A stretch of DNA of 64,000 nucleotides from Octopus vulgaris (taxonomy: Eukaryota). The notes under the pieces are model-generated. The model ran no database searches, was not told the origin of the DNA, and saw nothing but the letters and a program-made list of their open reading frames with translations. The stretch is taken from NCBI GenBank assembly GCA_951406725.2, contig OX597834.1:15562001-15626000 (forward strand), in the 5' to 3' direction. The position numbers and the translations under genes were made by a program. This document shows positions 26,701-41,658 of this stretch, piece by piece; the first letter of the stretch is position 1, and every line of letters starts with the position of its first letter.

Positions 26701-28399
26701 TTTGTGTCATAACTTACGAAAGTAATCAGTGAGAGTGGGAATGTATTCAATCTTAGCCCAATAAATGTTATAATTACTAACTTTATTGTCCTTTAAATAA
26801 CAGTGGTTTGTGTTGTGCTGTTGAAATACTTTTTTCTCTGTGTCCTTATATATACACATTTCGTAAGAATCTGTTTTTAAATGAAATTTCAATGTCTATT
26901 AGCTTGTTTTACTATTATTAGTAAACAGATCTTATGTGAACTAATACCGTGTATTCTCAGCTATAAAACAGACACGGAAAAAAGACCCCAACCTGTGAAG
27001 CACTTAATCTTGGAGAGGGGTATATATTCTATAATAGTCCAATCAACTTTCTAATTACTAACCACACTATCCTTTAAACACCAGATATATTTGGACAGGG
27101 ATGTGGAGTGATTTCTTTCTGGGTTCCTGAATGAACACGCATATTTTCACAATCATATTTTATAAAGGGATTTCAATATTTCAGTAAGATCTACATAGCT
27201 TTATTTCTGGTATTCACAAGAAAGAACTTAACTAGATAAAATAATAACTTACTTTCTCAAAAATAAAGCTAACATGGGCAGAATTTTAAATTAAAATAGA
27301 AAGGGACCCATCAAAATCTCACCAACTATCATCTATTACCGATTCTGTCAATTTACATGATTTGTATGATTATATCGTTATTGCTTTTTTATTCATCTGT
27401 CTAGTTATAATGAAAAGAATGAAAATATAATAAACTTAGCAATACTGTCCACTTTCAATATTTACTCAATATTCAATATTAGAAAGTTTGTTTGCATCGA
27501 TTGCTACCAATATACTTGTTTGAATTTAAAAACGAATCGTCTACAGAAACCATTACATTCTTTCAAAATTTCTGACAGGTTTAAAGCTTTAATGTGTGTA
27601 TGTGTCTGTGTGTATGTGTGTGTACGGGTGTGTATGTGTATATATGTGTATATGTATGTATGTTTCTATATATTTGCTTCTATGTTTGTCTGTGTGTATC
27701 TGTATATGTATGTAAGCATCTTTTATCTTTCACGTGTTTCAATCATTGAACTGTGGTCATGCTGGGGCATCACCTTGAAGGGTTTAGCCGAACAATTCGG
27801 CACCAGTTCCTTTCTTTTTGGGGTTTTTTTAGAGCTGGCACTTAAACTATCTGTTTCTTGCACCCAACTGCTTTGTTACGGACACATAAACAAACCAGCA
27901 CCGGTTGTCACGTGATGTGGAGCAAACTCAATCACAAAACAAACACATCCACACACACACACACTAACACGCACATAATATGTGACAATTATTCGGTAGC
28001 CAAGATAAAACTCTGAGTTTCGGATGCCGAGGTGGAAATCTTTACCCTTTGTATATATACATGTGTGTGTGAGTGTGTGTATACTAAAATACGAGTATAG
28101 AGATAAATATATGTATATAGATAAAAAAAAACATACAGATAATTATATTGATATCATCATGCAAATGCACTCACTTGTCTATGCGTGTGTGTGTGCGTAA
28201 ATATAAATATATAATGTGTGTGTTTGTGTGTAAATCTCAGTGTGTCGATATGTGCTTGTAATACCTCGGCGCATTTGTGTTTACGCTTGCAAATATGACA
28301 TGCATTTGTGACTTTGTATCAAAATATGTATATATGTGGCATATACCTACACATATGTCAATATATATACATACACACACACGCACCCACACATATATG

Positions 28400-29286
<887 letters not shown>

Positions 29287-29776
29287 GCGACTGGTAGAAG
29301 ATGCTGCTGGAAGTCTTCAGATTGGATCTTGCACACAGGTGGGCAAAGGGTGATGGTCGTTTTCCAGTCTTACACTGTGCAGAAAATAACGGCAGATTAT
29401 TTTTCGTGACTAAGATGTTGTACTCACGACTGCGAACTCGCGGTTTCGATTCCCTGGTCGGGCGATGATTTAGTTAACTTCAGCAAAACATCAACAACGT
29501 GCACCACCTGTACAGGTAATGTCGATTTGATGAAGGGAGCGAGCCATTGTACATTTGATTGATAAAAACAAAATATCTGTGCATGTTGTTCAACAAAATG
29601 TGACGAATCTGTCATCCGACGTCTACAATAGGGAACTTCACAAACGTAAAAGGAAAAAGCAGTGTGCATCTTTCTCTTGCGGAGCCCCTAATTCGTTGAG
29701 CGACGAGAGTGGCCTATCATCGCCATCATTCTACATTTATATTTCGATCTCTCTAGATATTTCGATCTCTAGATAC

Positions 29777-30012
29777 GGCGCAATGGCCTAGTGGTTAGGG
29801 CAGCGGACTCGCGGTCGCAGGATCGCGGTTTCGATTCTCAGACCGGGCGTTGTGTGTTTATTGAGCAAAAACACCTAAAAGCTCTACGAGGCTCCGGCAG
29901 GGGGTGGTGATCCCTGCTGTACTCTTTCACCACAATGGCGGTGCCCCAGCATGGCCACAGCTCAAGAGCTGAAACTGGAAAAATAAAAAAAATAAAAAAA
30001 ATAAAAAAAATA
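29777..30012 (+). mobile_element. Chimeric SINE: family C head plus CR1-group LINE 3' tail
   Basis: C head and body to about 29935, then GGCGGTGCCCCAGCATGGCCACAGCTCAAGAGCTGAAAC and A-rich repeats as at 26269-26325. Confidence 0.85.
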
Positions 30013-31285
30013 ATACATTCGATGAGTTCCAATAGCAGCTTATCGTCTTTTGTTTTAGTTCTTAGCCCTGTTTCTTTCTTAGGTTAACCTTCAAGAAAAC
30101 CTCAATCTTTCTGTTATCAAATAATTTCCATTCTGTAATGGAATAAAAGTATCAGGGATTTAATACAGAAATAATATTAATGTCAGAACCATGTCTATTA
30201 AACTCAGTCTTCCATATTATTTTTTGCCAATTTCCTTATTTTTTTAAAGCAGGTTTTTTTTTATGTTCCCTTTTAATCCCGTTTCTTTTCTGTTTGTTCT
30301 ACACTTATGGCTTGGATCGCTAGGAATATCTTTTCTTCAAATTCCAGTATTATTCTACAAAGGCACATGCATATGCAGACACACAAATAGACGTGCATAC
30401 ACACACATATACACACACACACGCACACACGCGCGTACACATGCAAGCATACATGCGGGCACACATATTTTATGCCACATATTTTATGCAAGACAAAGCC
30501 CACGCCAACGCAAGGCTTCAAACACTGCTCAAAAATCCATGTTTGTTTTCTTTGATAAATACTTGAATGCCTACGCTTTCAGAAATGTATATTTTCAAAC
30601 CTACAAACACAAGCACACTACACACCACACACACATAGATACACATGTAAACATATATATATATATAAACATGTACATAAATACATATTCATATAATTCT
30701 GTGTATATATAAATGTGTATGTATGTATGTGTGTGTGTGTGTGTACGTATGTGTACATAAATTTATATACACGTATATATTTAAGTGTTATATTTAAGTA
30801 CATATATATTATCACGCACACACATATATATACATATATTCATATATTTATATATACGTTTATACGCATTTGTGTGTTTGTGTATATATATATATATATT
30901 TATGTATACATATAAATGTATATATATATACATTTAAGTATATGCATATATATATATATACATGTATGCATATGCATATATATATATACATGTATGTATA
31001 TGCATATATATATATATATACATTTATATAAATGCATATATATGTATATACATTTATATATATGTATATATATATATATACATTCTTATATATGCATATA
31101 AATACAGATTCATGCATACGCATATATATGCTTACACACATATATATATACATTTGATATACATGAATATACATGAATATTTGTGTGTATATTTATGTAC
31201 ATATATATATATATATATATATACATATATATGCATATATATATACATCTATATAAATGCATATATATATATATATGAATATACA

Positions 31286-31337
<52 letters not shown>

Positions 31338-31794
31338 TGCATACGTAACATACGTACATTTATACACTTCTATGTATACACAAAATGCGCATTTATTTCT
31401 TAATTCCTGAATCTGGAGGAAAAAAAAATAATTCCTTCATTCTCCACCCACCGCACCCTCAACAGCCGATCCTGTCCCGCCACTATGTCCATCAATATTT
31501 CCAGATTTATTCTTCATCAGCAGAAATTCTTTACTTTTTCAATTTTATTTCTATATTTCATCTTGCTTATTTATTTACTTATTTATTCTTGGAGAAAGGA
31601 AACGGGGAAAGGCAAAACGAAAATATTACAAGGAAATATTACAAAAAGAAAATGGTGAAGTAAAAAAAAAAAATCTGAAATAATACATACTAAATTAAAA
31701 CAAAAGTAAAATATTAAAATAAAACAATAACGCATTTCTCTGATCTTCAAGAATAATAAACGGGATGAAGCCAAAAGATACTACTAATACTACT

Positions 31795-31855
<61 letters not shown>

Positions 31856-32756
31856 TTGATGATGATGATGATGATGATGATAACTTAAGAAAAAAGCAAC
31901 AGAAATATATATAAGTTTGGAAAAAATGTGTTTCTGAAATATCCATTCTTCTGTAATGAGATCGTCCAAATATAGAATTGTAGATGAAAAGACGATTTGC
32001 CTTCGCTGCATCGACATATGCATTTCTTAAAAAAGGAAGGCGTGTTTGATATATGAAGGATTTAGGTTTTGTTGACCGTTAGTGAAGCGATGAGAAATCA
32101 TATCCTTCCAAGCTTCAGTTGGTTTGTTTTCTTTTGTTTTTCTTTATGTATATATATTTTTTTCTTTCTTTACGTTTCTCTTGGTTACGGTAAATTGAGT
32201 ACCATGTAGAGCACGCTGCGAATATAGTTGTGCGTTTATGAGTTTAGGGATTTAGGGATCTAATCCACAACGCAACGTTTTGGACTTTGGTCATTTATTT
32301 TAGCTTGTATCGTTTGCTGCTTTCCAGCATTGGACTGCGGCCATGCTGGGGTATAGCGTTGAATACTTTAATCGTACAAATCAGCCGCAGTACTTCTGTT
32401 TATTTCCAAATATTTTACTTATACTACCGGTCACTGTTGCCGAGCTCCTAAAGTTCGGCTCTCACTTCAAATTCCATTGCGGATCAACACTGGTTGCCAA
32501 ACGATGCTGAGGGACAAACATACACATATGCACATACACGTATATATATATATAGATATAGATACGTGTATATATATATATATATATATATACGTATATA
32601 TATATACGTGTATATATATATGCATATATATACATATATAAATATACGTGTATATATATATATATGCATATATATATACATATATACACATACACGTATA
32701 TATATATATACACATATATACATACGTGTATATATACATGCATATATATACATATA

Positions 32757-32980
32757 TTCTTTTACTTGTTTCAGTCATTTGACTGCGGCTATGCTGGAGC
32801 ACCACCTTCAGTCGAGCAAATCGACCCCGGGACTTATTCTTTGTAAGTCCAGTACTTATTCTATCGGTCTCTTTTTGCCGAACCGCTAAGTGACGGGGAC
32901 GTAAACACACCAGCATCGGTTGTCAAGCGGTGGTGGTGGGGCAAAGACAGACACACAAACATATACACACACATACACAC

Positions 32981-33017
<37 letters not shown>

Positions 33018-33170
33018 TATATACATAGGCGCAGGCGTGACTGTGTGATAATAAGCTTGTTTCCCAACTACATAGTTGTGGCACCTTGGCCAAGTGTTCT
33101 TTACTATAGCCTCGGGTCGACCAAAGTCTTGTAAATGGATTTGGTAAGCGGAAACTAAAAGAAATCCGTC

Positions 33171-33172
<2 letters not shown>
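32757..33172. mobile_element. SINE A 3' half on minus (32757-32970) followed by SINE A 5' half on plus (33028-33172)
   Basis: Both halves match family A in opposite orientation around a TA tract. Confidence 0.8.
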
Positions 33173-33205
<33 letters not shown>

Positions 33206-33206
<1 letters not shown>

Positions 33207-33411
33207 CGGGAAGCTTTATGAAAATAAACAAAAGACGAAGGCAGGTGGAATACAAACAAACAATTGTATTAGTATGGCGCTCAGGAATATAAATAAAACA
33301 AGTCTTTTACGTTTCGAGCCTACGCTCTTTAACAGAAAGATACACAGAAAAGAAACACGGAGAAAGAAACAAGGAGAGAAAAAAATGCGTGCAGAAGCTA
33401 GCGAATCAACA

Positions 33412-33412
<1 letters not shown>
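33206..33412 (-). mobile_element. Family E short (TA)n-inserted element with variant hammerhead-like motif (33304-33339)
   Basis: Near-identical to 36210-36412 and 55384-55590; minus strand CTTT-CTGTTAA-A-GAGC(gtag)GCTC-GAAACGTA-AAAG. Confidence 0.75.
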
Positions 33413-33447
<35 letters not shown>

Positions 33448-33547
33448 TTTGCGCATACTATATATATATATATATTTCCAATACTTTAAGTTTTCTTAGT
33501 ATTGATTGTGTTTGTGCCCCCCCTACCATCGCATGACAACCGATGTA

Positions 33548-33634
33548 ATGGTTTGAATTCGCCTTAAATGGTCCCTTCGTATACTGAATACTTGGTAAAA
33601 TTGATTAATTAATTAATTTTACCCTCAATTGTTG

Positions 33635-33637
<3 letters not shown>
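33548..33637 (+). mobile_element. Terminal fragment of the hammerhead tandem element family
   Basis: Reverse complement of about 35567-35655; ends in (TA)n. Confidence 0.8.
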
Positions 33638-33686
<49 letters not shown>

Positions 33687-34092
33687 GTTTGTATGATTGT
33701 GTTTGTGCCCCCCTACCATCGCATGACAACCGATGTAGCTGTGTTTGCATCGCCGTAACTTAGCGGTTCGGTTCGGCACTATAGTAGGAGGCGCTTGCCA
33801 CACGCGAAAAACTGTAGGATAGAACTTATGTAGTTTGGAAATAAACTTCTTACCACACAGACACATCTGCGTCCATAATAGTGTTTCATTCTAGTATTCG
33901 TTTCCTTGTTTCCTGTCATTTGACTGTGGCCATGCTAGAGCAACGCCTTGGAGGCTTTTAGCCGAACAAATCGACGCCAGGACATATTTTCAAGCATAGT
34001 GCGTATCCTAATCCTTCGCATAACCGCTAAGTTACCGGGACGCAAACACACCAACACCGATTGTCAAGCGGCGATGGGGGACAAACACAAAG

Positions 34093-35145
<1,053 letters not shown>

Positions 35146-35220
35146 CAACAATTGAGGGTAAAATTAATTAATTATTAATCAATTTCACCAAGTGGTATGC
35201 AATTTAAGGCGAAAAATTAT

Positions 35221-35262
<42 letters not shown>

Positions 35263-35303
35263 AAAGTTTGGGGGTAAGGACATTAAAAAATCAAATGCTA
35301 AGG

Positions 35304-35363
35304 TTATTTGAGTACGTACGTTTCAAGATTAGTCAAAGCAACATTTCTCTCTTCAGCTCATAA
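35304..35363 (-). ncRNA. Minimal type I hammerhead ribozyme (copy 1)
   Basis: TGAG-CTGAAGA-GAGA(17 nt)TCTT-GAAAC(GTAC)GTA-CTCA: intact CUGAnGA/GAAA/UH core, paired stems I-III, palindromic loop III; predicted cut between 35313 and 35312. Confidence 0.8.
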
Positions 35364-35848
35364 ATTCCTTGGTTTGGATTTGGAAACACTGAAAGTAAGA
35401 ACTTACCCTTTCGAAGATCCGCTCTCAACTACCAGTGCCAACGAATCCAAATAAGCAAGTGAATCATTTCTGCTCTCCCCTTTCCACCAGCGTGGGTTAA
35501 AATCATCAAACGCTATGCTTATTTCGGTAAAATCCGAAGCATTAATTAGAGGGAGATTAATTATAATTTCAACAATTGAGGGTAAAATTAATTAATTATT
35601 AATCAATTTCACCAAGTGTTCAGTATGCAAAGGGACCATTTAAGGCGAATTCAAATTATTACATTATATAAAAGGGCTTAGTAAAATAAATTACTTCGCC
35701 GCATACTGAACTCATTAGAAATAGCAGCTAAAAAACTTTTTTAAAGCTATTTCTAATACTTAAAGAAAATCTCTCTCATATATAGCGTTTGCTTAATTCA
35801 ACTCACAAAAGTTTGGGGGTAAGGACATTAAAAAATCAAATGCTAAGG

Positions 35849-35908
35849 TTATTTGAGTACGTACGTTTCAAGATTAGTCAAAGCAACATTTCTCTCTTCA
35901 GCTCATAA
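35849..35908 (-). ncRNA. Minimal type I hammerhead ribozyme (copy 2)
   Basis: Same sequence as 35304-35363, 545 bp away. Confidence 0.8.
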
Positions 35909-36209
35909 ATTCCTTGGTTTGGATTTGGAAACACTGAAAGTAAGAACTTACCCTTTCGAAGATCCGCTCTCAACTACCAGTGCCAACGAATCCAAATAAG
36001 CAAGTGAATCATTTCTGCTCTCCCCTTTCCACCAGCGTGGGTTAAAATCATCAAACGCTATGCTTATTTCGGTAAAATCCGAAATTCTTTAAGTATTAGA
36101 AATAGCTTTAAAAAAGTTTTTAGCTGCTATTTCTAATGAGTTCAGTATGCGGCGAAGTAATTTATTTTACTAAGCCCTTTTATATAATATATATATATAT
36201 ATATATATA

Positions 36210-36412
36210 ACGGGAAGCTTTACGAAAATAAACAAAAGACGAAGGCAGGTGGAATACATACAAACAATTGTATTAGTATGGCGCTCAGGAATATAAATAA
36301 AACAAGTCTTTTATGTTTCGAGCCTACGCTCTTCAACAGAAAGATACACAGAAAAGAAACACGGAGAGAAACAAGGAGAGAAAAATAAAAAAAAAAAAGG
36401 AGAGAAAAAAAA
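36210..36412 (-). mobile_element. Family E element with variant hammerhead-like motif (36308-36343)
   Basis: Minus strand CTTT-CTGTTGA-A-GAGC(gtag)GCTC-GAAACATA-AAAG. Confidence 0.75.
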
Positions 36413-36422
36413 TATATATATA

Positions 36423-36562
36423 TTGGTAAAAACGGTAAGATACCAAAAGAAAGAAAGAGATTTACTGATAAATAGAGGAATTTATCAGTAAATATAATAT
36501 GTGACAATTATTCGGTAGCCATGATAAAACTCTGAGTTTCGGATGCCGGGGTGGAAATCCAC
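36423..36562 (-). mobile_element. (TA)n-adjacent repeat fragment with half hammerhead (GGAT..ATCC-GAAAC-TCAGA-GTT); second copy at 27977-28040
   Basis: TAATATGTGACAATTATTCGGTAGCCA.GATAAAACTCTGAGTTTCGGATGCCG.GGTGGAAATC occurs twice in the window; internal 14-bp hairpin ATTTACTGATAAAT/ATTTATCAGTAAAT. Confidence 0.6.
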
Positions 36563-36887
36563 TTTCTCACTTCTTCCCGAATGTTAAACTAATACGTCTG
36601 TTTGATGATTACCCAGCCGTCTTCGTCTTTTGTTGTTTTTGTAAATTCTCACTATATATATCATACACACATTTGATACATATACCACGTGCTTCTTTCG
36701 GTTTCCGTCTGCCAACTCTTCTCGAGACACTTACCCAATGTGTCTCGCTGTAGGACTGATCCCGGAAATAAGTAGTTGGGAAGGGAGCTTCTTACCACAC
36801 AGCCATGCCTCTGCGCGTGTGTGTGTGTGTATATGTATGTGTGTGCATATGTGTGTGTATGTGCATATGTGTGTGTGGGTGTGTAAT

Positions 36888-36984
<97 letters not shown>
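36888..36984. repeat. Perfect (GATA)n
   Basis: Direct reading. Confidence 0.95.
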
Positions 36985-37577
36985 TTTGCTGCTATGTTGA
37001 TGTTGTATCTTCCCTTATATTTTTCCTTGTATTTTTATTGAATTATTTCAGTCAAGAAAAAAATTTTACTCATGTCGCATTTCAATTCTCAAATATAAAT
37101 TGTAATTGACGGTTTAATTAAATTTTCAATTCTTGATATATTGTTCAGGAGGACTTCGGTGTACACGTGGTATGTGTCTGTTTGTACACACACACACACA
37201 AACACAAACAAACAAACAAACACACACACACACACCCAAACAAACAAACAAACACACACACACACACACACGCAAACAAATACACATACACTCATATATA
37301 TGTGTGTCTGTGTATGTGTGTGTGTGTATATCTATATATATGTGAGTGTGTGTGTGTGTGCATATGTATGTGACTATGTGTTTATATGCGCGTATATATC
37401 TATGTCTATATTTGTATATGTACATATCTGAATGTATGCCTCTGTAAACAGTAAATTTGTGAGTATATGCCTGCGTGTCCATATCTATATATGTAATTTG
37501 TAATCATATGGGATATATATATATAAACATATATATATATATACATACATATATATATGTGTATGTGTGTGTGTATG

Positions 37578-37609
<32 letters not shown>

Positions 37610-38233
37610 AAAATATATGTATATATATGTATATATATATATATGTATATATATGTATATATATATTTATTATATATATATATGTATATATATATTTATT
37701 ATATATATATGTATATATATATTTATTATATATATATGTATATATATATTTATTATATATATATGTATATATATATATATATGTGTGTATATATATATGT
37801 ATATATATGTATATATATATATATGTATATATATGTATATATATATATGTATATATATATTTATATATATGTGTATGTATGTATGTATACGTAAATGTGT
37901 GTATATACATGCCCAGACATTTCCTCTCTGTCTACCTCTCTCTCTCTCTCTCTCTCCCTCTCTCCCTCTCTTGCTATCAAGTGATTTATGTTGCTAAGTG
38001 AAGCGAGTGGAAAACCAAGTTATATTTATGACTAATACTTACGGGACAATGTTTCGATATGTCCCGTCATGTTTGAATGTCAATTTTACATTAAAAACAT
38101 TAAACAGAACTCCCGAAGATAGATTTCGTTCACTAGTTACAAACTTGTTTACCTGTTGGTGATCTTTTCGTTTCTTTTCACTTGAGTATTGTCATTACTA
38201 CTATTATTATTATTATTATTATAATTATTACTA

Positions 38234-38286
<53 letters not shown>

Positions 38287-38326
38287 GTTATTATTATTAT
38301 TATCATTGTTATTATTATTATTATCA

Positions 38327-38376
<50 letters not shown>

Positions 38377-38925
38377 GAGTGAGAGAGCAGTGCATGCCAT
38401 CAAAGTGACACTGGGGTAAAATATACGAAGCCCAATATACCCATCATGACTACCCGTCTGATAAAGGTACACCAGGCACATGCATCACAACCATATGTGC
38501 GCGACATGGTGATCTCATATCAAGATAAACAGCACATGACCTTGCAGGTGGGGCCCAGTTACAATTTTCTTCAGGTTGAGTAGCCCATCCCGCTCAAAAG
38601 GTCTCTGAATAAGGGTTGTTTAAGGATGTTGAAAGAACCACCCATGTTTCCAAAGGTGAATTATTCAAACCCCAAAGAATCCCCCCCGCCCAACACATGG
38701 CCATGATGCTCCCCCACTACTTCTGCTCGTGATCAGAGATGCACATATCGTCAGCCACTAAGGGACATGCTCAACTGGTTAAGGTCAAACAACTGACAAG
38801 CAAATCTGTGGTATTGAGCAGAATATTTGCTGTAGCCCATCTTTTATACCAAGACAAAACAATGTACATGATAACACTTCCAATCAGTTAAGATCAGAAG
38901 CCATGAGAGCAACTGCCTGGTACTG

Positions 38926-38926
<1 letters not shown>
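38377..38926 (-). mobile_element. Non-coding retroposed element with (AAT)n tail inside an (ATT)n tract, copy 1
   Basis: Highly similar to 39008-39507; fixed end CTCTCTCACTC-(AAT)n on minus strand, variable other end. Confidence 0.8.
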
Positions 38927-38995
<69 letters not shown>

Positions 38996-39007
38996 ATTAT
39001 TATTATT

Positions 39008-39507
39008 GAGTGAGAGAGCAGTTCATGCCATCAAAGTGACACTGGAGTAAAATATACGAAGCCCAATATGCCCATCATGACTACCCGTCTGATAAGGGTA
39101 CGCCAGGCACATGCATCACAACCATATGTGCGCGACATCGTGATCTCATATCAAGATAAACAGCACATGACCTTGCAGGTGGGGCCCAGTTACAATTTTC
39201 TTCAGGTTGAGTAGCCCATCCCGCTCAAAAGGTCCCTGAATAAGGGTTGTTTAAGGATGTTGAAAGAACCACCCATGTTTCCAGAGGTGAATTATTCAAA
39301 CCCCAAAGAATCCCTCTCAACCTATAGCTATGATGCTCCCCCCACTACTTCTGTTCGTGATCAGAGATGCACATATCGTCAGCCACTAAGAGACATGCTC
39401 AACTGGTTAAAGTCAAACAACTGACAAGCAAATCTGTGGTATTGAGCAGAATATTTGCTGTAGCCCATCTTTTATACCAAGACAAAACAATGTACATGAT
39501 AACACTT
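39008..39507 (-). mobile_element. Same (AAT)n-tailed element, copy 2 (about 50 bp shorter at the inferred 5' end)
   Basis: Colinear with 38377-38879, scattered substitutions. Confidence 0.8.
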
Positions 39508-39542
39508 TATTATTATTATTATCATTATTATTATTATTATAA

Positions 39543-39772
39543 GGCGGCGAGCTGGCAGAAACGTTAGCACGCCGGGCGAAATGCGTAGCCGTATTTCGTC
39601 TGCCGTTACGTTCTGAGTTCAAATTCCGCCGAGGTCGACTTTGCCTTTTATCCTTTCGGTGTCCATAAATTAAGTACCAGTTACGCACTGGGGTGGATGT
39701 AATCGACTTAATTCGTTTGTTCTGTCCTTGTTTGTCCCCTCTGTGTTTAGCCCCTTGTGGGTAGTAAAGAAA
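39543..39772 (+). mobile_element. SINE family B in (ATT)n
   Basis: Full-length match to family B. Confidence 0.9.
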
Positions 39773-39776
39773 CATA

Positions 39777-39807
<31 letters not shown>

Positions 39808-40038
39808 TACTATTATTGATGTTGTTGTTGTTGTGGGGATTGTGTGGAATAGCTGTTGTCGCATGTAAACCGAATTCAGTTGTCTGCCGAGTGTAGAGTG
39901 AAGACCGACACACCAACTTCCCTTTGCAGAGAAAGAAGGCAGATCTATTTCGGTTTGTATTTTGTTTGTGGTTGTTGCTTGTTTCATTCACATTTATTTT
40001 TGCGATTTTTGTTTTCTTTTATAATGGATTTTTTGTCT

Positions 40039-40078
<40 letters not shown>

Positions 40079-40238
40079 GCGTGTGTGTTTTATGATTGCA
40101 AATTGGTTGAATTATCGACCTCTGATTGTCAAGTAACAAACTTTTGATATATAGAATATTTAGAATATAGGCCGCGTGGCAGCATTACATTACACAAGCA
40201 AGTACTTTTTTGCTCGAAAGTGTCATATATATATATAT

Positions 40239-40269
<31 letters not shown>

Positions 40270-40274
<5 letters not shown>

Positions 40275-40513
40275 AAGAGAGGGAGAAAGAGCAGTTAAAG
40301 CCGAAGTCCAACGTGTTGAATGGCCCTTGTTTTTAAAATAAAAACAATCGAACTTTTCTCATTGGTCCATTTGTTTATATTTTTATTTTATTTTCATTTT
40401 CGTACCAACGAGAAAAGTCCGTTTGTTTTCATTCTACTTTTATTTAAAAAAAAAAACGCCCATTCAACACGTTGGATTTCGGCTTTAACTGCTCTTTCTC
40501 CCTCTCTTTGTCT
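40270..40513. repeat. 54-bp inverted repeat pair (MITE-like)
   Basis: 40270-40323 is inverse of 40460-40513 with one mismatch. Confidence 0.8.
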
Positions 40514-40515
40514 TC

Positions 40516-40572
<57 letters not shown>

Positions 40573-40650
40573 CACTATCGGCCCAGTGACAGATTAGAAA
40601 GCGTGTTTGAATGTGGATGAAGGAGTATGCTTCTTCTTCTTCCTCCCTTA

Positions 40651-40741
<91 letters not shown>

Positions 40742-40844
40742 GGATGGATAGATGTTATAACTTAGAACAGACAGTAAAAGGTTGCAATTATATATATATA
40801 TATATATATGTATGTATTTAGTAGTAGTAGTAGTAGTAGTAGTA

Positions 40845-40900
<56 letters not shown>

Positions 40901-40950
40901 GGTGGTGGTGGTGGTAGTAGCGTAGTAGTAGTAGTAGTAGTGGTAGTAGC

Positions 40951-40990
<40 letters not shown>

Positions 40991-41592
40991 AAGAAGTAGT
41001 AGTAGTAGTATATGGTTATATATAACGAGAGAAATAGAATATGATAAAATTTATTTAACCATTGAAAATTCTTAATCACAACAATTGTTTCGGAGCTTAA
41101 AACATGCAAAAAAATATTATTCTATTATATTTCGTATTACGTAAATTACTTACATGTCTGTATTAATATAAACGATCTTTAAATTAATGCAGCTATCAAG
41201 TTAATTCATCGGTTTCGAAGAAATTTATGTTAAACAATAATACCTCTCGACTTAATGTATTGTATACATATGCAATCCAAACATTTTGCTTCGGTAGAAT
41301 AAAATTTGTCGAACTATAAAAGTATTGAGTAAATATTTACTTGCTCTGAGACTCACAATTGAGTTATTTATTCTATGTTGCCAGACATAGCACCTTTGAA
41401 TTTGTCACCACCTGGAATATACATAACTTGAATAAGGAAATTTATCTTAACACAAGTGGTTATATAGAAGAAGTGACTTAACGGCTGAAAAAGACACCTG
41501 GGTCTTAAACCGAATTTGCCATTTTTGTAACTTTTTAAAAGTTATTGAAATACTATTCAGGTTTCAACGCTTTTTTGGTTCTTTTAATAGTA

Positions 41593-41655
<63 letters not shown>

Positions 41656-41658
<3 letters not shown>

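Larger units (their letters stand above)
35141..36188 (-). mobile_element. Non-coding partial-tandem element (545-bp period) with two hammerhead ribozymes and an inverted terminal segment; Penelope pseudo-LTR or retrozyme-like
   Basis: 35261-35538 matches 35806-36083; 35141-35225 resembles 35566-35665; 36085-36188 is inverse of 35663-35767; (TA)n flanks. Confidence 0.8.

Noticed and set aside
38440-38480. SECIS-like hairpin (ATGA-CTACCC..GGGTA) in the (AAT)n element
   Set aside because: The 3' GA of the quartet is missing at the required position and there is no associated ORF.
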